From assembly GCF_964194025.1 (NCBI RefSeq), contig NC_134473.1, positions 53,568,001 to 53,632,000 on the forward strand: a DNA stretch of 64,000 bases, written 5' to 3'. Source of the DNA: Convolutriloba macropyga (lineage: Eukaryota). Within the stretch, counting starts at the first letter, position 1, and the number at the start of each line of letters is the position of its first letter. The translations under genes and the position numbers were made by a program. The notes beneath the pieces are model-generated. The model was not told where the DNA came from and did not search any database. It was given only the letters and a program-made list of their open reading frames with translations. Of the stretch, positions 26,232-37,285 are shown piece by piece.

Positions 26232-26439
26232 CTTAAAAGCTGGCAAATTGAGAAATACATTTAAAATAATGAAGGTTATCATTTATGCTCCAAAAAGGAA
26301 TAATTATGCCTATAGTAATTCTGTTTCAATTTATCAGCTAATTTACGAAATCAAAAGTAGTATGAACTATTTTGATCAAATATACTTTGGCATTCTATAT
26401 TTACAAGTGACGTCTTGATAGTGCGTCGGCACTATTCTT

Positions 26440-29400
26440 GTTTTGTTACCGAATTAAGTAACAACAGAACACCCAAATGTTGTCTACAAAAGACTGCTGC
26501 GGCACATTAAAGAAGTCTTTGGTGAAGTTCGGCTGCTGCTGCTTCTGCCAAAAGTGCCTCACTTGACATCGGAATGCAAACTCTTTGATGCTGAAAGCAT
26601 TACAGCCCTCTCAAGCAATACCTGTGCTTCGAGTGTAATAGCAAACGATAAAGCATCAGAACTAAAACTGTGCCTAGGAAGCCCAATCAACTGTGCATCA
26701 GCTTGCAAAACAACAGGAAAAGCTTCTTGGACACACCACCGTGTAAAAGCTGCCATCGAAATATCAAACAGACTAGAAAACGTGGAAAACCCACATCTTT
26801 CATGGCGGCATTTGGACCAGTTAGGAAAGAAAAGTGCGAAGGGAAGCTATGAAAATGCAAACAAACGCGTAGAGCATTCCAATAAAGGGTATACCTTAGT
26901 CCATGACAAAAACTTGACGAAAGGATACATCAAAAGCAACATCGGAGCAGTGGAAGACAACCTGGAATTTCAGGGAATTCCGGAAACCAAGCGAAAAAAG
27001 TTGACCAGACTGTTCCGATACGACGAATCTAAGCCACTCAGGGCCATTGTAATTGAAATGGGATCCCTGGTAAATTAAAAGCTCTTAAAGTCGGCGCCAA
27101 AAACAAACATGACTGATCTGAAAATCCAATTATCATCAGCCCAACACTGAAATAAACTGACTCAAGAGAAGAGCGTTAAAAATTCAAATTGCATCGACAT
27201 TTCCTTACTGCAGTTGGCTCGCCAAAAAACTTTGATATAAAAACCTCTATCAGCAATTTAAAAAAGATGAATAATGAGAACAAGCAGAAGAGAGCTAATA
27301 CTGCTATAGCAGCAAGCAACGATAGCAGAGAGTAAGAACGGCCATTGAAATTACTACTTGTTAAGATTGGTGACAAGCGTTGAAACAGAACTACAGACAC
27401 GACGCAATGAATATAGCAATATTCAATATTTGAAGCATCTTCGACCTCAACGGACGAGAGAATTTTCAAATTACAATCAAGTAAGTTGCCGCAATGTCAT
27501 ATCCTTACCGACAATCGGTCGATACGATCTATAAAAACAAGACCAAGAAAGTGCAGCAATTAGCAAGCTTAGCCACGGAGGAGTTTTGATAGCAATTGAA
27601 AGCGACATCCAACACGAACGACCGCAGATCAACGCTCCTGCAGGAGAATTCGATGTCCTGAAGAATAAAAGCAACAACGATAACTCCATTTCTTGCTGTC
27701 TATACAATCCTCCAAAAGACAGTAAATTTATGACTGTTGCTGAACTGATTTTGAAAAGCTAGAGTCGAAATCGAACAAAGAGAAAGCATCACACAAAATT
27801 ACCTTTATTGTCATCACCAGTGACCTCAACCTACATCAGACAAATTAGGGATACATTTCATCCTTGTGTCCCTGAAAAAACAATGTTTTGGAAATCCTGT
27901 TGGAAAATGGTTTCCGAGCACTTCCCACCGAGTGAAAGAAACAAATGGTGGTTCCTCACTGACCTTCAGCAATACGTAATGACAAGTAATGAAGACTGAG
28001 ATGAGATCCAGTTTTTGTTTCAGTATTAAAAAGTGCTCGGAACATATTGCACAGACATCAAAATTACAATAAATTTGGAAGCAATAGTTTAAAGAACTTT
28101 TATCTGTTCTGGTACAGCAACGTGACTTTTTGGTTCAACCAGGAGTATGAACGCTTCTGGTAGAAAATAATCAAAACTCACATCCCGATACTAACCAAAC
28201 ATCATGCAGTCCTACGGCCGAGGACATCGATGGTTATTTGACAAATAATTAAGAAATAAATAGGCCGAAGGAACATGAATATTATTTTCAGACACTGAAC
28301 AAAAATAAACGGGACCAAGACCTTCACATTCAATCAGATGTTTTCCAAAACAGATGTCTCAGTGTAATTCAGAAACCGAAGCAAGCGAAGGAAGCCAGTC
28401 CTCAATGCCAGTGACCACGCGATACAAAGGTGTTGTAAGGGCAAACGAGACCAAGCCAACGCTTTTTCACGACTGTATTTAATGAATAGGGTCAAATAAC
28501 TGTCCCAACAAAACTTCAATATCAATAGAAAAAAAGCAGAACTTCAAGCATAACAGAAATAGATCTTTCCCTGAGCTTTCAAATTTTGATGTGACCCCAA
28601 TAAACAAGGATGGTGACAAAATGGAAACTGAGATCTAGATTAACCACCTTACTCCGCAATATATCTAAATGTTTTAAAAAGGTATCCTCAAGTCTCTCCA
28701 GAGTCGTCTAGAAAATCAAATGAACTTAAAACAGTTGCGCTCTCGCAAAGCTAGATCTGCAACTTCGCAATTGATAACTTTTTTCGATTTCCTATAAAGC
28801 ATATTGCACGATCTATTATCAAGTGAACTAGGCGTACTGTACTTAGACAAAGCGTTCAACAAAGTATCACACGACCAACCGCTCAAAAATCTGGAAGAAT
28901 TGGGTCTAGGAGGCAACTCACAGAAACTGCTTTCGTCTTATCTCCTGGGACCGAAAATAGTTAGTCTCTATCTCTGAACAGAACTCTGACGTCATTACTG
29001 TCACAACCGCTGCTCCACAAGGATCCATTCTACGCCAACTGATGTTTTTGTTAACGACCTTCCAGAAGATTGAAGAAATCCAACAAGGTTGGCTTTTGCA
29101 TCTAACTTTAAGATCATGGCATGCTCGAAACGTGAAACTCTGCGAATGCTATTCAACTCTGGTGTGAATAAATGCTTCTGAATGTTGGGAAATGCAATCT
29201 GCAAATTCTAAGGGCAATGCGCAGACCAACCCAGAAAGACCTTGGCTTGATTATTGCAAGCAGCTTGACCTGGATAATTGCCCCCCTCCCCAAAATCCAC
29301 ATCAGCGCTTTTCCAGATAAAGAACATAACCGACTAAACGTCGGAAGAATTGCTCTCAAACGACTAGTGGGAGCTCTAATGAATTGCAGCCTGCTTCAGT

Positions 29401-29520
29401 CGGGGTGGGGGAGGAGGGAGGGAGGGGGAGCCTATATGGGTCTAAGAAGTTCAATAGTGGGCTTCAAATAACCACATTAGAGATTAACAAATACCACTAT
29501 TAAGATTTAAGTAAAACATA
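26440..29520 (+). mobile_element. Decayed LINE (CR1/L2 group): Cys-rich ORF1, APE and RT remnants
   Basis: ORF1-like frame at 26477-27170 (Cys-rich start, FQGIPE). APE motifs SHGGVLIAI and CLYNPP at ~27570-27715. RT remnants LYLDKAFNKVSH and APQGSIL at ~28830-29040. Confidence 0.85.
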
Positions 29521-30845
29521 ACCGACAAAACGCCGGAAGAATTGCTCTCGAACGACTAGTGGGAGCTCTAATCAATTGCAGCCTGCTTCAGTCGTGGGGG
29601 GGGCTAAATGGGACTAAGAAAATCAATAGTGACTACTTTCTCCATTTGACTACTTTCTTTTGAAATCTTTCACTTGACTTCTTTTGAAATCTTTCAGGCT
29701 GTTGTAGCTCACCTCGGTTCGGATTTGTGCATGCAGAGCCATATAAGAGTACTGGCAAAATTAGTGACTTGTAGAGTCCGAGCTCGATCTCTTGTCTTAC
29801 TTGAAGAGCTATGTTTCGTCGAAGTAGGTAGAGTACTTTGTTCGCTTTTTTCAGTCGTTCTTCGATATGTGTCTTCCACGTCAGGTCATGGGAAACATAG
29901 ATGCCGTAATCTTTGATGACTTTGGATGACTCTAGTTTAGTGCCCATAAGCTCGTAATTTTGTGTTTGACCTCTTATGCTCAGCTTTGCACATTTGTCCA
30001 TGGCTAATTTCATTTTATTTTCGTTTACCCACTGTTCAATACCATTGAGATTGTTTTGAACTTGCCAAAACGTTTTCTTCACTGCAAGAATTTTTAGGTC
30101 ATCCGCGAAGATAAATGGGTCAGAGAAAACTAACACATCAGGTAGGTCATATTGCACGATCTATTATCAAGTGAACTAGGCGTACTGTACTTAGACAAAG
30201 CGTTCAACAAAGTATCACACAACCAACCGCTCAAAAATCTGGAAGAATTGGGTCTAGGAGGCAACTCACAGAATTTGCTTTCGTCTTATCTCCTGGGACC
30301 GAAAATAGTTAGTCTCTATCTCTGAACAGAACTCTGACGTCATTACTGTCACAACCGCTGCTCCACAAGGATCCATTCTACGCCAAATGATGTTTTTGTT
30401 AACGACCTTCCAGACGATTGAAGAAATCCAACAAGGTTGGCTTTTGCATCTAACTTTAAGATCATGGCATGCTCGAAACGTGAAACTCTGCGAATGCTAT
30501 TCAACTCTGGTGTGAATAAATGCTTCTGAATGTTGGGAAATGCAATCTGCAAATTCTAAGGGCAATGCGCAGACCAACCCAGAAAGACCTTGGCTTGATT
30601 ATTGCAAGCAGCTTGACCTGGAAAACTGTCCCCCCTCCCCGAAATCTACATCAGCGCTTTTCCAGATAAAGAACATAACCGACTAAACGTCGGAAGAATT
30701 GCTCTCAAACGACTAGTGGGAGCTCTAATGAATTTCAGCCTGCTTCAGTCGTGGGGGGGGGGGCTAAATGGGACTAAGAAAATCAATAGTGGGCTTCAAA
30801 TAACCGCATTAGAGGTTAACATATACCACTATTAAGATTTAAAGT
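28801..30845. repeat. Local duplication (28801-29520 repeated at 30150-30845) flanking a ~520-bp copy (29631-30151) of the neighbouring LINE segment 31910-32391
   Basis: Near-identical sequence blocks; ORFs 29001-29204 vs 30349-30552 and 29633-30157 vs 31498-32256 give matching translations. Confidence 0.92.
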
Positions 30846-31497
30846 AAAAAAAATGGAACCAGTTTCGGCGCAATTTTCATGACTTTTAGTATTAAATTGC
30901 CGCCAATTGAATTCAGCTGCTTGAAATTGTGATTGAGAGAGAATTTTAGATCACGCGAAACGCAAAAAGTCAAGGGCGTAAAAGTCACTCGAAAAATTAA
31001 AATTGTCAAGCGAAAATTTTGCATAAGAAGAAGACACACGTTTACAATAATTGCTATGAACTTCGTTCAAGAGCAATTTAAAATGGCACCAGTTTCGGCG
31101 CACTTTTCATTTGACTTTTAGTATTAAATTGCCGCCAATTGAGTTCAGCGTCTTGAAATTGTGATTCAAAGAGAGAATTTTAGATCACGCGGAAAAGAAC
31201 TTAATACCTTCCAGGCGATAACTGTTATCCCTTCTTTGAGGGCGAAAAGTCGAAAGGATCAGACGAAAAATCAGTCAAGCAAAAAATCGCATAAAAAGAC
31301 CGCAATAAAAATATGGCACATGCATCTGAGGGGTACACTTGGCTGGGCAGCACAAAAGATCCCATAATCGTTTAAAAACGAAAAATTAAATTGCAATACA
31401 AGGGTTAGCTTAAGCGCCTGGTGTTGCAAATTGTTGTTGTTGTTGTTGTTGGGGATTTACAGTTTTCACTGAGGGGATTTTCGTCCCAGTCGTCGTC

Positions 31498-34312
31498 TTA
31501 GAAAATTGTCCTATTATTTCTGCAGTTCTGACAGTCACAGCATAGATGCCAGCTACAGATGTTATTTTCGTCGAATCGCTCGTTTACAAACTTCCACATG
31601 AAATTTAAAACTCGATTTTTAAGACCTTTTTTCGTATTAAATTCAATGTAATTTTCTATTCGATTTGCTAGCCTGCATGTACGGAAAAAGAAATCATTTC
31701 TAGCCTTTTCAGTTCTGGTTTTCGGGAGCTTGAATAATTCATTTGTTCTCCCTTTTTCTGAATTTTGTTTCAGCATTGGTAAAAAGCTATCGTCTTCTGT
31801 CAATTTCGATAAAAGTAGAATGTCATTTAGTTGCATGAACATTGGTAGTGGTAGTATGTTAAGAAGTCTCAGTTGATTTGGATACGGCATGACTTTTTGT
31901 CCAAGGATCCATTTGACTACTTTCTTTTGAAATCTTTCAAGCTGTTGTAGCTCACCTCGGTTCGGATTTGTGCATGCAGAGCCATATAAGAGTACTGGCA
32001 AAATTAGTGACTTGTAGAGTCCGAGCTCGATCTCTTGTCTTACTTGAAGAGCTATGTTTCGTCGAAGTAGGTAGAGTACTTTGTTCGCTTTTTTCAGTCG
32101 TTCTTCGATATGTGTCTTCCACGTCAGGTCATGGGAAACATAGATGCCGTGATCTTTGATGACTTTGGATGACTCTAATTTAGTGCCCATAAGCTCGTAA
32201 TTTTGTGTTTGACCTCTTATGCTCAGCTTTGCACATTTGTCCAAGGCTAATTTCATTTTATTTTCGTTTACCCACTGTTCAATACCATTGGTTGTTTTGA
32301 ACTTGCCAAAACGTTTTCTTCACTGCAAGAATTTTTAGGTCATCCGCGAAGATAAATGGGTCAGAGAAAACTAACACATCAGGTAGGTCATTGATGAATA
32401 TGCAAAACAGGAGTGGTCCGAGAAGAGAACCTTGGGGTACCCCACTTGTTACATCTAAAGTTTCCGATCTTGTGTTGTCTACCCGAACGAATTGTTTCCT
32501 ATTGTCTAATTAGTCAACGATAATTTCTAATAGGCAACCTCCCACTCCAATATTTGCAACTTTTTGTACAAGCTCAAAATGCGGCACTTTGTCGAAAGCT
32601 TTGGAGAAATCTGTGTAGAATGCTACAATTTCGTTGCTTGATTCGTTATCGAGTGCGTCGTGAATTGATTTCAAGAAGGATAGCGTATTTGTATTAACTG
32701 AGCGTTTTTTAACAAATTCATGTTGGTGTTCTGTTAGGAATTTTTCGAAGTGAGCGTATAAAGCTGAACAAATGCATTTCTCAAAAACTTTACTGTCAAT
32801 GTCTAAAAGAGAGCCTGTCGGTAACTTTCTACTTTCCGTCTGTCATCTTTTTTGTAGATTGGTGTCACAGCTGCAATTTTCCAGGAGTTTGGGATTTTTC
32901 TCAGTCGTTTTATCTGCTTGAAAAGTACATTTAAATTCTTACTTGTTTCGCGTGCTGTACGTTGGAAAAAATGCAGGCGGTATGCCATTTGGGCCTCGCG
33001 ACATTGTGGCATCTAGCGAAAGAAGTATTTCGTAGATTGCTTTCTTTGAGATTTCGAAGTTTGTAATTTCAGGATTTCTCAATTTTACATCTTGTATACT
33101 GAAAGGAATTTTGGGTGAGAACACTGAGTGAAAGAACTCGTTCATCATGTTGACTTGCTCTTGCATTTTTGTGCTCTGTTGATTTTCTTTGATTAGTAAT
33201 TTTGGAAGGCTGGGTGATTTTTTCAGGCTTTTCAAGTGTTTGAAGATTGTACCGGTATTTCCTGCACGCATGATTTTCTCCTGATATTCAATCCTGTCCA
33301 GTTCCGATGATTCTATCAATTGGTTTTCAAGTTTATGAACTTCTTGTTTTCGATAACTTGTGGGTTTTTCGGATAAGAGTCGGTTTTGGGTTTGTAGTCT
33401 CTTCATGTTGTAAGAAGTGAAACTTGATATCCAGGGAGGTATACTTTGTCGGTGTCTAGTTCTTTTGGGGACGTGGACCTCGAATATTTGATCCATGTAC
33501 TGGTAAAATTCTTCGCATATGTTGTTTATGTTAGTGAAGCAAACTGGTTTGAAGGGTTCAGTACTTAAAATATTATTTATGCTTTCGTAGTCAGCGTTTC
33601 CGAAACTTCTAAAATTTCCAAGAGTTTCTTTGGCGTATTGGCGTGGACATTCTAGTGTTAACTGGATTGATTTATGATTGAGGAAAATTTCTCGTCGAGA
33701 TGTGCCACCAAATTACAATTTTTGTAAAATGCTACATCTAGAGTGTTCTGCCCACAGGTGGGGAAGTTTATCATTTGTCTGTATAGGGATTCCTCAAACA
33801 ATTCAATGACTTCGTTTTCTTCTTCATTTGTACTTGCTAGAGTTTTCCAGTTAACATCAGGACAGTTTATATCCCCACATAAAATGGTCATTCTTGATTT
33901 AGGAATGATTTTAAGGAGTTTTTTGGAAATCGTTAACCTCGTAACGGTACGGGCTAGTTCTTGGGGGGTTGTAAAAGGCACAAATAAAAATTTCGTTCTC
34001 AGCTAATTGTATTTTGCAGACAAGACTAGAATCCGGTTGCTCAGAAATGACTCTTTCGGAGATGAAGGAGTTCTTTACTGCTATGAGGGCGCCTCCGTGG
34101 GTATTTTTGTCTTGATCCATTTGTCTATCTTGTCGGTAGATGCAATAGTCATTTAGAAATAGTTCAGATGATGGAATGTTATCATTGAGCCAAGTTTCAC
34201 AGAGACATATAACGTTGTAGTCTGAGTTTATTACAGCATTTGCAAACTTAATTCTCCTCTCTACGTTCACAAGGCTCCTTACGTTTAGTTGCAGAATGTT
34301 AACAAGACCTAG
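31498..34312 (-). pseudogene. LINE ORF2: APE endonuclease + reverse transcriptase (several frameshifts/stops)
   Basis: ILQLNVRSL, ICLCETWL, YRQDR..HGGALIAVK, FYNPP, CGDINCP, TLDVAF; [35 protein letters not shown]; C-terminal WHLCCDCQNCR. Confidence 0.95.
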
Positions 34313-35211
34313 TCAGTTTGACTTGGTTTCTACGGAGGCAATCTCCACTTTCGCACCATCGTTGAATAGTTCAAATTTCGAATTTTGAGTTTATCTCGAG
34401 GAACTCCTTCTGTCAACAGTTCTCTTCTCTTTTTCAGAATCAGGTTTTCTTTGAGGGCATCTTCTTTGCTGAGAGCTGGTAGCAAGTAAAAATTTCTCTT
34501 TGCTAATTCCTCTCGATGGTCAATACTTTTGACTAAGGCTAGCCTGGCTTCATGTTCGTTAGCGACCGTTACTAAAAGAGTTCTTGGTTTCTTCCGTTCT
34601 CTCTTGAATTCACCTAGTCGTTTGAGTTCCTTCACTTCAGGCCTAACGCCTATTTCACTCAGTATTTCATTTACTTCGTCAGTTGTGGGGACAAGATTTT
34701 CAGCTTTTGTTTTGTTATGATCTTCAGGGATCCCTTGTATTCTGAAGCTTTGTTTGATGTTGTCGACGCCTTTCTCTTTCTTAATTAACTTTCCAAGTTT
34801 CCTATCGGTCTCCTGTGTGGATTCCACGGAGACCACGGCAGCATACGTTTTATCAACTATTTCACAAGTTATTTTGATGGCGGTTTCTATCTTTTTGTCT
34901 ACAAGCTGAGTCAATCTCTTTTCCATGTTTTTGAGTTGATTGCTAAAGTCCAAATTTTCTATCTTCTCGGTCATGTTCGCCATTGTTCTGCATCTTATGA
35001 ATTTATCTCGCTCGTTTTTGTCCACGCATTCATTGCAGAGAAGCATAATGTTGTTTCAAACATCTATTATCCCGTTGAGGGAGGCCGAGGAAAGTCCTGT
35101 GCAAATTGTCGTCATGTGTATATGACAGTTGCAGGCAACGCATGTATATGTTTTCTCTTGTGCCTGTATTGGCTTGTTACAGGTCTTACAATTTTTTCCC
35201 ATTTGTTTCAT
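34313..35211 (-). pseudogene. LINE ORF1 with N-terminal PHD finger, coiled coil and RRM-like region
   Basis: ATG at 35211 gives CKTC..CVAC.CHIH...C...CNEC (C4HC3 spacing), with one in-frame TGA at ~35057. It continues through FRIQGIPE, KRLGEFK and KPRTLLVT. An apparent 1-nt deletion lies near 34372. Confidence 0.88.
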
Positions 35212-35472
35212 AAGCTCTGATCAATTCCAATTGAACTTAATCAGCAGGAGTTTCACAAAATAATTTGATGAAGACTTAAATTTTTGATCGATTCCAACTG
35301 AACTGAATCAATAGGATTTTCACAAAAATTTTGAATAGAAATTGCGATAGGGCTTAACAAAAGCTAAACGATTTTGCTTAAATTGCCGACTGGGACTGAA
35401 AACTGGTTTTGATCAATTCCAATTGAACTCAATCAATAGGAATTTACAAAACCAACTTAGTGCTAGACTTAC

Positions 35473-36060
35473 TCAAATTTTGGCTGCGTTTCGTTTCTTT
35501 TGCTTTTTCTTTCGTTGCTGTTGAGACGGGCTGTGTTTCTTTTTGATAATTGCTTTTAGATTGTCGCCGTGATTTCGTACAATAGTCAGGGTTTTGATTT
35601 CGAGATGTGGTGCAAGATGTAGTTGGCTGTAGCTGCGAACAAGTTCTTTGTCCTTTTGCTTTCGCCTCGAGAGAAGGTCCTTTACGATGTGTAGAACAGG
35701 TATTCCCGTTCCCTTCAGCTCTTTGTAAACGTCTGGTGCTCCTTCTCTTACGCAGTAAACTATTCCAACTACTTTATGCTTGATATTCTTGATTTCGTTC
35801 ACAAGTTGTTCTGGGGTAAGTGGCTTTCTGGGGTCTTTGCGGGGGCTTGTCACAGAGTTATTGATTAGATCGTGCCAAATAATCAACTGCTCGTTTTTCG
35901 GTATCAATCGAAGTCGTTTTTGAATAATTGACTTATCTTGAGCTCCTCGGTGAAGATTGTATCCTGGCTTCGTGATCACTTGTCTGGATAATCGCTTCTT
36001 GATGTTTGTCCACCTCTCCAAAGAATGGTGAAGAGAACTTGCTCCAATAACAATTACCAT
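35473..36060 (-). CDS. ORF0 of the LINE: SGNH/GDSL esterase-like protein with a basic C-terminal tail
   Basis: Intact 195-aa ORF. VIVIGASSL (block I Ser), KPG (block II), LIIWHDLINN (block III-like) and SQLHL (block V His) occur in SGNH order. Confidence 0.65.
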   Translation of the reverse strand: MVIVIGASSLHHSLERWTNIKKRLSRQVITKPGYNLHRGAQDKSIIQKRLRLIPKNEQLIIWHDLINNSVTSPRKDPRKPLTPEQLVNEIKNIKHKVVGIVYCVREGAPDVYKELKGTGIPVLHIVKDLLSRRKQKDKELVRSYSQLHLAPHLEIKTLTIVRNHGDNLKAIIKKKHSPSQQQRKKKQKKRNAAKI

Positions 36061-36585
36061 TTACAAACAAGGGCCACCACGGCAGCCCTGAACAAACATT
36101 ATAACCTATTTAATAAGCTATTTAATAAGTTTATCGCAACAAAATTAGGCTGGGTTCAGAGAGGGAAAAGATGCTCTAGCAGACTATTTTACTAGAGAAC
36201 AGAAAAAGACCTGATGAAACCTGTAGTCTTTCCCTTTATAGCCCAGCGTGTAACCCCCATTACCGAAAATATAAATAGGGGCTATAATTTTTGAGGGCGG
36301 GGCAAACACATGAAGGACTCGCAAAAATTGAACTGCTTCACGTTGGTCACGAAGTAGACTTTTCGTTTAAAAAATTGTCCCATCAAACTTTTTTGATCGA
36401 CTTTAGTTGTAAATTGAAAATTTCAGTGACACATTTATAACTTATGTTTAGGTATAATAACTCTGCTTCGTGTATTTCTTCGATAAGAATTTCCTAATTA
36501 AATTTCAGAGAAGTGTGTAACCGGACAAAACATTAACTTTTACGCATGTACTACAGTACTTATCTAATAATTAATTACTTCTTAC

Positions 36586-36678
36586 CATGCGAATGTTTTG
36601 CGCACCCGACGGTGGAATCTGAACTCGAATGTTGCTAGCATTGTTTGGAACTTGATCGCTTCCTGAAGAGGGCTGCAT
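36586..36678 (-). CDS. TAF12: Probable TAF12 first coding exon
   Basis: ttttag|aagttct ATG MQPSSGSDQVPNNASNIRVQIPPSGAQNIRM|gtaaga; 93 nt, phase 0. Its composition matches exon 2 and it completes a 948-nt ORF. No homology support for this low-complexity part. Confidence 0.72.
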
Positions 36679-37117
36679 AGAACTTCTAAAATCGAATATT
36701 TTTTGTATATCAAAAACTTTCATGCCGTTTGGGGTGGGTAAAAAATTTGGTGCGAACAGATTTCTGACGTTTTCTACAGCCCCCTCTCCAAATTATAGCC
36801 CACAAATAGGGATTTTGGTTCAATTATACTTATGTCATCGGACAATATTGGGATCATTTCCGTTTGTATGGGACGCCGGCGCATTGAGCTCACGCCACCG
36901 AGTCATAGTATAGAGCTACGCTAAATCGCAAAGCTATTTTTGTCTGCTGTATTCAATCACGTCAGACGAATCCTTTCTCTCGCTGCCAAATGAGGTCGTA
37001 AGTATTATCAAGTATAATCTCCGTGCACTTTATGCTGATAAGGATTTGGTTGGGGGTTTCTGAAGCACTTTACTTCTCGCGTGTAAAAGCTGAAGAAAAT
37101 GTTCCAAGTCAAAAACT

Positions 37118-37285
37118 GGATCTTTTCCGTTTGTGCCCCCCCCCCCCCCCAGCTTAGTGGGCGCATATTATTTGCACCCCCAGACGCACGTGCAATATTT
37201 TTACATATTGATTTACTATGTAATGGCACAAGCTCTGTAACTGGGGGGCGCATAACGTACTGGGGGGCACAAACGGAAAAGATCC
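37118..37285. mobile_element. 168-bp MITE with 24-bp TIRs and a perfect 8-bp TSD (Merlin-like termini)
   Basis: ggatcttttccgtttgtgcccccc ... ggggggcacaaacggaaaagatcc, flanked by caaaaact at 37110-37117 and 37286-37293. Confidence 0.92.

Larger units (their letters stand above)
31431..36240 (-). mobile_element. Near full-length CR1/L2-group LINE with three ORFs and an (AAC)n tail
   Basis: ORF0 at 35473-36060, ORF1 at ~34313-35211 and ORF2 at 31498-34312. The 3' UTR is short and ends in (AAC)n at 31431-31450. No TSD was found and the 5' boundary is approximate. Confidence 0.92.

Noticed and set aside
26232-26239. TAF12 exon 2 acceptor at the upstream cag (exon start 26239)
   Set aside because: It would need a phase-1 upstream exon. 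The only convincing upstream exon ends in phase 0 and fits the ttttaag acceptor, though an unseen micro-exon cannot be excluded.
29633-30157. Independent LINE insertion or intact RT gene
   Set aside because: Internal fragment without 3' tail or TSD and nearly identical to the neighbouring copy; better explained as a templated duplication.
36205-36235. Hammerhead ribozyme at CTGATGA (36211)
   Set aside because: No stem II followed by GAAA and no cleavage-triplet geometry.
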